Shown here in pieces: positions 23,796 through 35,968 of a stretch of DNA of 64,000 nucleotides. Positions within the stretch are counted from its first letter, which is position 1; each line of letters starts with the position of its first letter. A program made the translations under genes and the position numbers. The notes below the pieces were generated by a model. That model made no database searches, was not told where the DNA came from, and saw only the letters and a program-made list of their open reading frames with translations. The stretch comes from Mobula birostris (lineage: Eukaryota): the NCBI RefSeq assembly GCF_030028105.1, contig NC_092370.1:65645638-65709637 (forward strand), read 5' to 3'.

Positions 23796-25915
23796 GAACA
23801 TAGAACATGAAATAGTACAGCACAGTACAGGCCCTTCGGCCCACAGTGTTGTGCCGACCCTCAAACCCTGCCTCCCATATAACCCCCCACCTTAAATTCC
23901 TCCATATACCTGTCTAGTGGTCTCTTAAATTTCACTAGTTTATCTGCCTCCACCACTGACTCAGGCAGTGCATTCCACGCACCAACCACTCTCTGAGTAA
24001 AAAACCTTCCTCCGATATCCCGCTTGAACTTCCCACCCCCTACCTTAAAGCCATGTCCTCTTGTATTGAGCAGTGGTGCCCTGGGGAAGAGGCACTGGCT
24101 ATCTACTCTATCTGTTCCTCTTAATATATTGTACACCTCTATCATGTCTCCTCTCATCCTCCTTCTGTCCAAAGAGTAAACCCCTAGCTCCCTTAATCTC
24201 TGATCATAATCCATACTCTCTAAACCAGGCAGCATCCTGGTAAATCTCCTCTGTACCCTTTCCAATACTTCCACATCCTTCCTATAGTGAGGCGACCAGA
24301 ACTGGACACAGTACTCCAAGTGTGGCCTAACCAAAGTTTTATAGAGCTGCATCATTACCTTGCGACTCTTAAACTCTATCCCTCGACTTATGAAAGCTAA
24401 CACCCCATTAGCTTTCTTAACTATCCTATCTACCTGTGAGGCAACTCTCAGGGATCTGTGGACATGTACCCCCAGATCCCTCTGCTCCTCCACACTACCA
24501 AGTATCCTGCCACTTACTTTGTACTCTGCCTTGGAGTTTGTCCTTCCAAAGTGTGTCACCTCACGCTTCTCCGGGTTGAACTCCATCTGCCACTTCTCAG
24601 CCCACTTCTGCATCCTATCAATGTCTCTCTGCAGTCTTCGACAATCCTCTAAACTATCCACAATACCACCAACCTTTGTGTCGCCTGCAAACTTGCCAAC
24701 CCACCCTCCTACCCCCACATCCAGGTGGTTAATAAAAATCATGAAAAGTAGAGGTCCCAGAACCGATGCCTGCAGTCACAACCCTCCAATCGGAATGTAC
24801 TCCCTCCACCACGACCCTCTGCCTTCTGCAGGCAAGCCAATTCTGAATCCACCTGGCCAAACTTCCATCCATCCCATGCCTTCTAACTTTCTGAATAAGC
24901 TTACCGTGTGGAACCTTGTCAAATGCCTTACTAAAATCCATGTAGATCACATCCACACCACTGCCCTCATCTATATGCCTGGTCACCTCCTCAAAGAACT
25001 CTATCAGACTTGTTAGACACGATCTGCTCTTCACAAAGCCATGCTGACTGTCCCTGATCAGACCATGATTCTCTAAATGCCCATAGATCCTATCTCTAAG
25101 AAACTTTTCCAACAGCTTTCCCACCACAGACGTAAGGCTCACTGGTCTATAATTACCCGGACTATCCCTACTACCTTTTTTGAACAAGGAGACAACATTC
25201 ACCTCCCTCCAATCCTCACCATTCCCATGGACAACAAGGACATAAAGATCCTAGCCAGCGGCTCAGCAATCTCTTCCTTCGCCTCATGGAGCAGCTGGGA
25301 AATATTCCATTAGGCCCATTGGACTTATCCATCCTAATGTATTTTAATAACTCCAACACCTCCTCTCCCTTAATATCAACATGCTCCAGAACATCAACCT
25401 CACTCATATTGTCCTCACTGTCATCAAGTTCCCTCTCACTGGTGAATACCAGAGAGAAGTATTCATTGAGGACCTTGCTCACGTCCACAGCCTCCAGGCA
25501 TGTCTTCCTATCTTTATCTCTAATTGGTCCTACCTTCACTCTTGTCATCCTTTTGTTCTTCACATAATTGAAGAATGCCATGGGGTTTTCCTTTACCTTA
25601 CTCGCCAAGGCCTTCTCATGCCCTCTTCTTGCTCTTCTCAGCCCCTTCTTAAGCTCCTTTCTTGCTACCCTATATTCCTCAGTAGACCCATCTGTTCCTT
25701 GCTTCCTGAACCTCATGTATGCTTACTTCTTCTACCTGACTAGATTTTCCACCTCACTTGTCACCCATGGTTCCTTCACCCTGCCATTCTTTATCTTCCT
25801 CGCTGGGACAAATTTAGCCCTAACATCCTGCAAGGGATCCCTAAACATCAACCAAATGTCCATAGTACATTTCCCTGCAAAAACATCATTCCAGTTCAGA
25901 CCCACAAGTTCTAGC
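23796..25915 (-). mobile_element. CR1 LINE, 5'-truncated ORF2
   Basis: Minus ORFs 25216-25716, 24729-25202 and 23861-24742 ([40 protein letters not shown]); tail at ~23796. Confidence 0.95.
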
Positions 25916-26657
25916 CTTGCTCAACCGTAATTGCCTTTGTTGAGCACTGTTTTGCCACATCCTAGATATAAAAAAACAATTAACTCAGAGTGGATCAATT
26001 ATAAGTGCATTTATTTTACTTGCAGCAAGGGGAGACCATCACGGCACAAATGCCAGTGATTGTCTCCAAAAAAAGCAACAGTATAGTCGCTCCATTATGC
26101 ACAGGTACAGCTACCCATGCCTCATTTCAAGGAAAGGATATATTCTGTGCTTAATCAGTGTATTTGGTATTCTTCCAGTATTGCATATGCTGGTCTGCAG
26201 ATTGTCAAGGACTCAGTCTCAATCAGGAAAATTTTGCACAAACACTATTAGCAAAACACCCTGATATAATAGAGGTTGCATTTTTTTTAGAGATGAAAAT
26301 GCCATTTTGTTACTACCCATAAAGTACATTTCAACACCCTAAAAGTGATAAACCTTTGTAGTCTGTGTTATAGGTTCTTAGCTTGCTTGCTGTTACATAG
26401 GACGTCCTAGGGTTTGAAGGAGAATTTAAGAGTGCTGGGTTACCACTGTCCATTGCCCTTCAGATTAAAGCTGGAAATCTCTCAAATGTTTTGAAAAGTT
26501 GCTGTGTCCATAATGTGTCAGTAGTGGAGGGAGTAACCAAATAATGTGATGGATGGCATATCAAGTGGTATAGTTTGTACTAAATTATATAAACTTCTGA
26601 GGACTGTTTGAGTTTCATTCTAGCAGGCAAATGAAGACGATGAAAAGGATTTATTAG

Positions 26658-26875
26658 GAGACACAGGAGATTCTGCAGATGCTGGAAATTTTGAGCAACA
26701 CACACAAAATAATGGAGGAACTCAGCAAGTCAGGCACCATCTACCGAGGGAAATGAACTGTCAATGTTTTTGATCAATAGAAAGATATCATACCTCAAAA
26801 CATCAACGGATTATTATCCAACATAGATTCTGCCTGACTTATTAGTTCTTCCAGTATTTTGTGCGTCTTGCTCTT
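26658..26875. mobile_element. Second inverted pair of Penelope-like pLTR fragments
   Basis: gcaacacacacaaaataatggaggaactcagcaagtcaggca ... tgcctgacttattagttcttccagtattttgtgcgtcttgc. Confidence 0.7.
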
Positions 26876-27079
26876 AATTTACAGCGTGCTTTAGTAATGA
26901 AGATATACTTAACATGCAGCTTGTTTCTAGCCATTATATACAGTACCTGATAATTAGAATAGTGGGGATTTCTTCTTCAAATTACTTGTTGGATGCACTA
27001 TTGACGTTACCTTCACCCATTTCAACATTTCCACGCTTCATACATTGTTAGATCATGGAGTGTATAATAAAGTCTGAAT

Positions 27080-27400
27080 CAGAATTGAACAACAGCAGAA
27101 AGACTTTGATGAGTAAATGCTGAATAAAATAGACAATAATTTCTTTCCATCCATTTGATCTTTGAGATTAGACTGAATGGGTTGGATATGGCCAGATTAG
27201 ATTTGTCTTGTTTTTTGTACACAGGAAATGGGAGAACATGTTTTACCTTGTTGCATAATTTCCATTGTACTGGAACAGCATAGCTTAGGTACAGTTGGGC
27301 TGTAGCACAGTTCTTCTGCACAATGGTGCTGTTGCTCCCAAAATCTAGTTGCAAACAGCTTCTTTTTGGTGCCATCTAAAATACATCAAGTTTGAAGCTT
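27080..27400 (-). mobile_element. Ancient CR1-group LINE remnant
   Basis: PVYKKQDKSNLAISNPFSLIS resembles the RT N-terminal motif PVHKKxDKSNPxNYRPISLLS. Confidence 0.55.
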
Positions 27401-27666
27401 CTATGATGCGAAGAACCACAAGGAAAGATTGTGATATACCATCGCACTCTACATCATTGCCAGAGTTTCTTGTAATTCTTGGGTGTATCATAAAATTCGA
27501 CATCATATTTTTGAACCATCATTCGATTGATGGAGGAATTTTTTTTTCCCATTGTAAATTTGTTGGACCCATTCTGAGTAGATATATGGCCTTCTGCCTC
27601 CACTTTCTCAAAGCTGTAGGAATACCATCTGGTTTCTGCTGAAGCATGAATTACAATTGCTTGTAG

Positions 27667-27704
27667 CATTCCTGACGAAGGGTCTCAGCCCGAAACGTTG
27701 ACTG
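27667..27704 (+). ncRNA. Minimal type I hammerhead ribozyme (best-preserved copy)
   Basis: Stem I CATTC/GACTG (one mismatch), core CTGACGA 27672-27678, extra A, stem II GGGT-CTCA-GCCC, GAAA 27692-27695, palindromic ACGT stem III, cleavage triplet GTT (family consensus GTC). Confidence 0.75.
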
Positions 27705-27803
27705 TACCTCTTCCTCGAGATGCTGCCTGGCCTGCCGCGTTCACCAGCAGCTTTGATGTGTGTTGCTTGAATTTCCAGCATCTGCAGATTTCCTCGTGTT
27801 TGA
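27668..27803 (+). mobile_element. 136-bp Penelope-like pLTR insertion with 9-bp TSD
   Basis: GCTTGTAGC at 27659-27667 and 27804-27812; several CpGs retained, so relatively young. Confidence 0.85.
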
Positions 27804-27930
27804 GCTTGTAGCGTTATTGGTTGCTGTTTTATTTGCGTGTTTTTTAATACCGTTTATTGTAAGTTTGTTTTCTGTTCCCTAGGGGGGGAAAAATGATTAG
27901 ATTCCTCTTAAAAGAGGATTAAAAATAAAT

Positions 27931-27970
27931 ACTGACTTACCTGTGAGAAAAAAATGGAAAATAGAATGAC
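27931..27970 (-). promoter_or_regulatory. Candidate recursive splice site (AG|GT ratchet point)
   Basis: Minus strand gtcattctattttccatttttttctcacAG|GTAAGTcagt: strong acceptor fused to a consensus donor, in unique DNA. Confidence 0.5.
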
Positions 27971-28410
27971 ATCCCGCTCTCCTTTCCTCTGTCAGCTTGT
28001 TATTTCTTTCATTGAAAACCGTTTGTTACTTTTAAATATCTTGGGTAATGCATTGAGAGCCTGCACATCGTGCCATAGTTGTACATTGACAGCTTAGTTA
28101 TTTTATTTAATCATTTGATTCTAGTTCATTGGCCTGGATCAATCTGGAGAATTTGATGTTCACTTTTGGCTTATTGTTTCCTGATGATATACAGACCTTA
28201 AATGTATTTAACCTCAATTAAACCCATTTAATGTCTGATTTGTTTTGTTGTGGTGCCTTCAAACCAGATCTTATTTCCACATATTGGAATTCTCGAAATT
28301 ATTTCTAGTCTTTCCATCATACTGCTTGGGGAAATAAGGGAAGGATGCCTTTATTAATCTGACTGGAGTCCTTTTTCTTTGTGGATATCATAGCCTCCTA
28401 TATCTTGTAG

Positions 28411-28479
28411 GTGCCTGATTAACCCCATGGTGAAGATATATGGATTAGGAGTGAGGAGAACTTTAGAAACAATCTCTGG
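28411..28479 (+). CDS. Candidate exon of an unidentified gene (69 nt, phase 2-2; CLINPMVKIYGLGVRRTLETISG)
   Basis: tatcttgtAG acceptor, TGG|GTAAGT donor, single open frame. Peptide not recognised. Confidence 0.35.
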
Positions 28480-29344
28480 GTAAGTGATTCTTTAACCACT
28501 CATATTGGCTTTTTTCTTAATCGGAGTGTGTGTAATCACTTATTTTCATCTTAATGAGATGAACTGCAACTGCCCTATAGATGATATCTGGTGAAATTTT
28601 GAACATGGAGAAAAATATGAGGATAAATGTTTTGTGTCAGCATTTAAGAATAAAATGAAGTGCCAACTACAGAGGTTTTCAAAAGAGAAAAAAAATTGAA
28701 AGGTTGTATAGGATACACAAATTTCATGAAGGATGCAAGCTGACAGTGTTCCAGGATTGCTGGGTTTCTCGGATCAGTTCTATTTGTTATCCTGAAGTAG
28801 ACAGTTACTAGACTGCATGAACTATAATTTAAGTTGTATCAAGCAACCAAAAATACTATAATTCACATCCTTTCAAATTTCTATTTAAACACTCATTAAC
28901 CAATTTAATTTGAATTTCCATAGAGTCAGTTGGGTATGGTAGAAATAGCAAGAAGACTGTGATTGATGGTGGATCTTTATGTTCACCACATAAGTGGGCT
29001 GAATCTAAAGCTCTGGAACTTACATGGTATCTAAAGAGTGTATTAATTATCAGAGTGCAGTAGGCCAATAACCAACAAAGGTGTTGAATTCTATTAAGAA
29101 CATAACCCTGAAGTTTTATGTACTACAAGACAGAAGTTACAGGCACTCAAACCCCTTGATTCTGTTCTGTAGTAATTGCCTAGCAATTGACATAGTGTTT
29201 TGGTAGAAAAGGATGGCCAGGCAATTGTTTGAGGAGTTTAGAATTGGTCTTCCAGAGTGGGTTGGGTGAGTGGGAGTTGCACCAACCCAAGGTATAATTA
29301 GGACATCCCGGGAAGGGTAACTGGGGGCATGAGGGGCAGAGATC

Positions 29345-29600
29345 TAGATAGATAGATAGATATACTTTATTGATCCGGAGAGAAATTGGGTTTCATTACA
29401 GCTGCACCAACCAAGAATAGGGCATAAATATAGCAATACAAAAACCACAAACAATCAAACAACAATATGCAAACTATGCCAGATGGAAATAAGTCCAGGA
29501 CCAGCCTATTGGCTCAGGGTGTCTGACCCTCCACGGGAGGAGCTGCAAAGTTCGATGACCACAGGCAGGAACAACCTCCCATTATGCCCAGTGTTGTATA
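29345..29600 (-). mobile_element. LINE 3' end (Rex1-like) with (GATA)n tail
   Basis: tagatagatagatagatatactttatt tail and poly(A) signal on minus, followed by a Rex1-like C-terminus (GRLFLPVVIELC). Confidence 0.6.
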
Positions 29601-30182
29601 ATGGGAAGGAATTTTGTTTAAAAGAGTTGATAGTCCAGCATGGAATTCCATGATCTTCGTAATTCAGTGGTAATGAAGCAGGCCCCACAAGCTATCTGAA
29701 GCCCTGTTTCTGCAGGAATAAGGCAAAATCATGCTGTTATGATTTGGGCATATATTACACACTGTTTTATAAAACTACATACAATTGGGTCCTTCAATGC
29801 AGTAGAGTATGTAAAGTGCATAGAAGATCCATAAAAAAATTGCTGTATCCTAGAAAATGTAGTAAATTTATTGATATCTCTGTACAAACTTATTGAAATT
29901 GTATTAAATAGCAAACATAAATATGCAATCCAACTTCTTGGCCAATTGCTCATGAATGAGAGAATTTTTCAGCAGTTAAGAAGGAAATGACAAGAGGTGT
30001 CCCACAGACATGTTGAATTTTGCTTATAACACTTACATAGAAAACAACATGTTTGGAAAACAGTTTTGCATGAAGAATGTGTATGGCATTAGAATCTCAA
30101 TTATAACTCAAGGTGTATGACATGAATAGGATGAATGAGAAGATACAAATGGGAAAATAGGTTTACTGTTTTGTTTCAATGG

Positions 30183-30815
30183 TGCACACAAATTGCTGGA
30201 GGAACTCAGAAGGTCAGGCAACCTCTGTGGAGAAGAATAAGCAGTTTATGCTTCAGCTGAGACCCTTTGTTAGGACTAGAAAGGAAGGATGAAGAAGCCT
30301 TCCTTAGGACTGGAAAAGACGGGAAGGAGTACAAGCTTACAGGTAATAGGTAAAGCCAGATGAGGGGGAAGGTGGATGGATGGGTGAGAGGAGATAGTGC
30401 AAGGTTGGGAGGTGAGAGATGGAAAAGGTAAAGGGCTGAAGAAGAAGGAATCTGAGAGGAGAGAAGACCGGACCATGGGAGAAAAGGAAGAAATAGGAGG
30501 GCACTAGGGAGTTGATAGGCAAGTGAGGAGAAGAGGGGGGATAAGAGGGGAGCTAGAATGGGGAATGGAAAAAAGAGAAGGGGAAGTGATGAGAAATTAC
30601 CAGAAGTTAGAGAAATTGATGTTCATGCCATCAGTTTGGAGGACACCTAGATGGAATATGATGTGTTACTTCTCCAACCTGATAGTGACCTCATCGTGGC
30701 AGCAGAGGAGACCCATATGGACCAACATATGAAAATGGGAAGTGGAATTAAAATGTGTGGCCACTGGGAAATCTCACCTGCTATGCAGACAGAGTGATGG
30801 TACTCAATTAAGCAG
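30183..30815 (-). mobile_element. Penelope-like element 3' end: GIY-YIG endonuclease C-terminus, pyrimidine-rich UTR, decayed hammerhead, tail
   Basis: Minus translation FPVATHFNSTSH...GLLCCHDEVTIRLEK*HIIFHLGVLQTDGMNINFSNFW* (stop 30599-30597) matches the PLE GIY-YIG C-terminal pattern PVAxHFN...RxxEQHLIFRLGxLQPxGxN. Confidence 0.8.
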
Positions 30816-32329
30816 TGTTTCAACATGTTTTGATAGACATCTCTAGTTTGCCATCTATTGGAAAGTAACAATTATCTTGTAAATAAATTCACATAGGTCC
30901 TGATATTGTGAAATAAAAAACAATGGGATGTCATAGTGGATCACAAATCAAACTCATAGTCTGAACTAATATAAAACTTTGTCGCATTGGTTGGACAAAC
31001 AGGCATATCTTGAAACTGCATTTAAAGTCACCCTGTGTTGAAGTTCTTTGGTTATATAATCTGTTCCATTTAATGCAGTGCATTCGCAGGGTGGTTCAGT
31101 GTTCCCAGCTTAAATACTTAGGATTCATTTCGCTCTCACAAACATCACAGCTTTTCATAAGCATTGCGTTACTCCACTCCTTGTGATGGATGAATTATAG
31201 AATGAAGAAAAAATCTTTCGCAACAACCTGGAGAAATAATCTTGACATGTTTCAAGAGAAATGTTAAGGCTAGAGGGGTTGGTACTCACAGTTGTCTGTA
31301 AACCAGGCCACAGAGAGCACTGATCAAGATTTTACTTTGTTGGTATTCTTACAAAACTAATGGAAGAGGTCTTCAGTAGCATATTGTTACTGCTTTAGAA
31401 GGACCAGTGGTTCTCAAAGAGACCACTGGCTTTGGTTTCTCCTTTTTGCCAGCAGGCTGCTTCCAGGCTGCGTTGGTCTTTACTTGCAAGATATGATCAA
31501 CATATTAGGATTGCAATGGACACCAATATCAAGAATGAGAGGTCTACAGTGAGCAACATTCTTTATGTCATGATAAACACACTCATATAGCTCTAAAGAC
31601 ACTACAAAAGAAGCCTGGATTTAGATGACCATTGAGAGCCTGCATGTCACCATTATTTCACTGATGTGTAATCATCATAAAGGTATGTGAGTCACTGCAA
31701 TACTGTGACCATCAACATGTCTTTTAAATTTTTCCTGATGTCCAGAGCAAGACCACTAGAACACAAGGAATACCTCTTCCAAATTTGAATAATATGCGTT
31801 ATCTAAACAACACGTGTAAAGCAAGCTATGGGAAGCACAAAGCAACATTTTATGTGTTTTTCTTGCTTGAGGGGCTTACAGCAATGTAGCAAATATAAGC
31901 ATGCCAACAATAAGCATGCCATTTGTTGGATTGTGCACAAATGACATTAAGGTAAAACAGCACTTTTATTGTCTTCTCTCTGAATCATCCCTATCGGAAA
32001 GAGTATTAACAGTGTTTATAGATTTTTATTCACACTCTTAATTTGGCATTTGAGGACTTTGAAACAGTTAGTGTCCTTTCATTCTGACAGCACATAAAGA
32101 GATTCAAGAGAAGAAACCACAGGTCAAAGCAGTGGGTGTATAATGGTATTAATTATCATTTCTAACACAATACTGGCGAACACCATTTATAATATTAGTT
32201 GATGATGAGGTGAGGAATCAGACTTGCAGATATTCTAAGGAAAGGCAGTAAGTGACATTCCTGCTGAACAACTGCCATTCCATATTTCCATTAATCTGTA
32301 GTAAAGCAGCCTGCAGATTAAAATAGCAG

Positions 32330-32480
32330 GAGCTGTAAATCTGAAATAAACACATGAAATGCTGGCAACAGTCAGCAAATCACACATCTGTGAAAAGGGT
32401 CCTCAACCTGAACTATTAATACTGTTTCTCTTTCCATAGCTGCTGTCTGACCTGCTGTGTGTTTCTGGCACTTTCTTCTA
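32330..32480. mobile_element. Degraded inverted pair of Penelope-like pLTR fragments
   Basis: aaatgctggcaacagtcagcaaatca ... tgacctgctgtgtgtttctggcacttt. Confidence 0.55.
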
Positions 32481-33517
32481 TTACTGAAGATGAGTGATTT
32501 TTGTGAAAACTTCTGTGCACTGACTCCTTCAGTCTATCCAAGATAGATATTCACTCCTCCATGCAGTTTCAAGCCCCGAGACTACATGTCAGCTACTTGA
32601 GCTACCATTAAAAGCAATAGTAGCTTTGAAGCTTATGTCCCTGGAGAGTGTTAGACACATCAAGATAGACTGCAGAATGCTAATGCTGTGAGGGTTGACC
32701 TATAGACCAGTCACAGATTCTTACAATCATAGTCATAAAACTCCTGTACGTGCTTCACTTAAGTTCTGAAAAGGCAAGGTTTAAAAGCAGCTGCTCAAGG
32801 TGCATGTGTGGAAAAACAGATCCTTTTCCAATGCTTCGGAACAATCCTCATCTGAACCTGGAGAGAATTTACAGTCCCACGACTTGATGACAGCTATCTC
32901 TGCCACGAGTAGCTGAGTTATCTCTGCCATTATTAGCTGCTGTTGAGCAGTAGAGCTGGGTATTTCATTACATTGCAATAAAACTAAATCAATTAATATG
33001 TGAATATTTCAGTTTTCTCATAAGGATTCAATTTTTCAATGTCCGTTAATAAAGGCTATAATGACCAAAGAAATAAATTTAGTATCGTGTAAATGAAAAG
33101 CTAAATAGAACCAAATGATGCTAGTGACAGTACTACATATTTATGTATTTCTCTGAGGTTCATTATGATGTACAGATAATATTCAGATACCACCTTCATT
33201 GTACACCTTAAGAAATCTCATCATGATTAGTGTTACAGGATCACTAACCTTGACTACTTGTTCCTTCTTGAACAGTACCATTGGCCCATGTGATCCTCTT
33301 CCAATATCTTTTGTTTGTATGCTGCCTTGTCTTTCAGAGGTCAAGGGGAAATGTTAATTGAGGGCTTAAGAGATGTATGAGGCTTTGATTAAATTTATAA
33401 ATGCAAAATGTGAGTCAAGTAAGAGACAATCAGAATGTGTTGGATCAAAAATAGGTAAAGAACATAATGAGGAAAGAAGTACGAAGGCAAATAATTATTG
33501 CTTAAAGACTAAAAAGA

Positions 33518-33986
33518 CTATGGTGTGTCTGAATTTGGAGAAAATTAGAAGTGCAGTTTATGACCCTTCTATTAAGTTTGAAAAAATTTGGAGGCCATTT
33601 ATTCAGCATTTTCATTTGATGTAATTTGATCATTTCCAAACTGGTTTTATTTCTCTGTACTGTTGTTGGAGGGGAGTGGAGGCGTCGACGCTGAGGTTTT
33701 CTTCTTTTCCATTTTTAAGTTGTTAGTTTTGCCCAAGTCTTTTAGTTTAGTTTAGTTTTTTTTTCTTTTGGGATGGGTTTTTTTTTTCTTTTTTTTGTCT
33801 TTTTCCTTTTTTTTTGCTTTATATTATCCGTGATCAGTTCTACATGTATGGGAGTTTTGGTAATTTCCACTATTTGGTTTTGCAATTACTCTTTTTTTAA
33901 ATGTAACAATACATCTCATATTATTTGTATTATTGCTATGTTTTGTTTCTATATTTTGAAATTAATAAAAAGATTGAAAAAGAAAG
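33518..33986 (+). mobile_element. 5'-truncated L1-type LINE with 14-bp TSD
   Basis: ORF2 C-terminus LNLEKIR...KFEKIWRPFIQHF*, T-rich 3'UTR, AATAAA, (GAAA)n tail; AAAGACTAAAAAGA at 33504-33517 and 33987-34000, preceded by TT. Confidence 0.88.
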
Positions 33987-34254
33987 AAAGACTAAAAAGA
34001 ATAAACGATGTTGGTGGGAACCCAAGGAAGAGATGGATGTGTGTCTGCAAAGGGAATGTGAAGTAAAATAATGTAGGCTGGCTGAAACAGGTGTTGGGGA
34101 GCAGGGAATTGCTGGTAGGGTGTGAGGCAAAGGACTTTTCAATCTTGTGTATGTTCTTATGTTGTGGGTTCATCAATATGCTTTCTGTGATTACTGTTTT
34201 TTTCTGGATGGCCTCCATCCAAGCCATGCTCTCTTCTTGCTGCTGCCATAAGAA

Positions 34255-35410
34255 AGAATATCCCTCACCACCAGGTTCAGGAACATTTATTACCCTTCAA
34301 ACATCAGGCTCCATCTGATTCCACAACCTATTTACTCACTTTTAAAAACTCTAAAACTCATGTTCTCAGTAATATTTATTCACTTATTTGCTTATTTATT
34401 ATTATTATTATTTGTTTCTTGTAATTCATGTTCACATTTATCTGGCTGTATGCATATATATAATAAATAAATAAAGTAGATAAATAAATAATACTGAGAA
34501 CATAAGTTGTGGAGTTCTTGAAAGTGAGTAGCTAGGTTGTGGAATCAGTTCAAAGTTCAGGTGAGCAAACTGGAGCCTGATATTTGAAGGTTAATAACTG
34601 TTCCTGAAGCCTAGTGGTGTGGGATGTAAAGCTCCTGTATACCTCCTTTCTTATGCGTGTGTGCATATGTATATAATTAATATTTTGGTTTATGTGCTAT
34701 GTGTGCTGTATGCTATGTGGGTGTACTGTGTTCTGGAGGATCATTGTTCCATTTTTCAGTTGGTTGTGTATGTATATATACATTACTATAAATACGTTAA
34801 CCAAATATAGTTCAAAATGCACATAGTAAAGCACAGCACAGGTAAACAGTAAACAGTTTGCTATCATAGTAATGGCAGTGGATTCATTAGTTTCACAGCC
34901 TGAGAGAAGAAGCTGTTATCCAATCCGGCAGTTCTAGTCCTCATGCTTCTGTACCTCCTTTCTGATGGTAGTGAGTTAAAAATATTGTGAGATGGGTGGT
35001 AGGGATCCTCAACAATACTATGGACTCTTTGTCTGCAATGCTCCCAGTAAAGGTTATGATGAGCAGGGGGAGGGAAAGTTCAATGATCCTCTCAGCGTTT
35101 TTATTGGCCTCTGTGGGAACTGCGGTCCAATGCTTGCAGCTTCTGTACCACACAACAACTCAGCCAGACAGGACACTCTCAATGGTGCTCCTGTAGAAAG
35201 TTGTTAGAAAGAGGATGGGGAACCTTCACACCTCATTCTCCTCAGAAAGTGTAGATGTTGCTATGCAGTTTTGCACAGCTTCTCTTCTTTTGCACATTGG
35301 ATGCTTGTCAGTCTTTATTTCTGTGTAGTTTTTCATTGATTCTATTGTATTTCTCCATTCTGCTGTGAATAGCTGAAAGAAAATGAACCTCAGGGCAGTA
35401 TAATGTGACA
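34255..35410. mobile_element. Patchwork of Rex1/Babar 3' fragments in both orientations
   Basis: Recurring Rex1 3'UTR phrases (gagcctgat...aataactgttcctgaa, ctcctgtacctcct) and RT C-terminal remnants. Confidence 0.6.
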
Positions 35411-35412
35411 GA

Positions 35413-35968
35413 GACTCAGTTACTTTCTTAGGGACACCAGTACACCTGCTTGATAATGCAAATATCTAATCAACCAATCATGTGGCAGCAACTCAATGCA
35501 TAAAAAACATGCTGACATGGTCAAGAGGTTCAATTGCTGTTCAGACCAAACATCAGAATGGGGAAGAAATGTGATCTAAGTGACTTTGACCATGAAATGA
35601 TTGGTGCCAGACGGCATGGCTTGAGTATCTCAGAAACGGCTGATCTCCTGGGATTTTCACACATAACAGTCTCTAGAGTTTACAGAGAAAAGGGCAACAA
35701 ATGAAATAACATGCAGTGGCAGTTCTGTGGGCAAAAACCTCTTGTTAATGAGAGATGTCAGAGGAGAATGGCCAGACTGTTTCCAGCTGACACAAAGGCG
35801 ACAGTAACTCAAATAACCACACTGTTGTGGTGTGCAGAAGAGCATCTCTGAACACACAACATGTCAAACCTTGAAGAGGATGGGCTATAACAGCAGTTGA
35901 CCAGGAACATACATTCAGCGGTCAATTTATTAATTACAGGACGTACCTATTAAAATGACTACTAAGCG
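35413..35968 (+). mobile_element. Internally deleted Tc1-like DNA transposon
   Basis: From ATG 35558: MGKKCDLSDFDHEMIGARRHGLSISETADLLGFSHITVSRVYRE (HTH) ...KSISEHTTCQTLKRMGY; no DDE domain; decayed TIRs; TA at 35969-35970. Confidence 0.85.

Noticed and set aside
24360-25016. 218-aa + strand ORF and similar ORFs opposite other CR1 copies
   Set aside because: Antisense shadows of CR1 ORF2.
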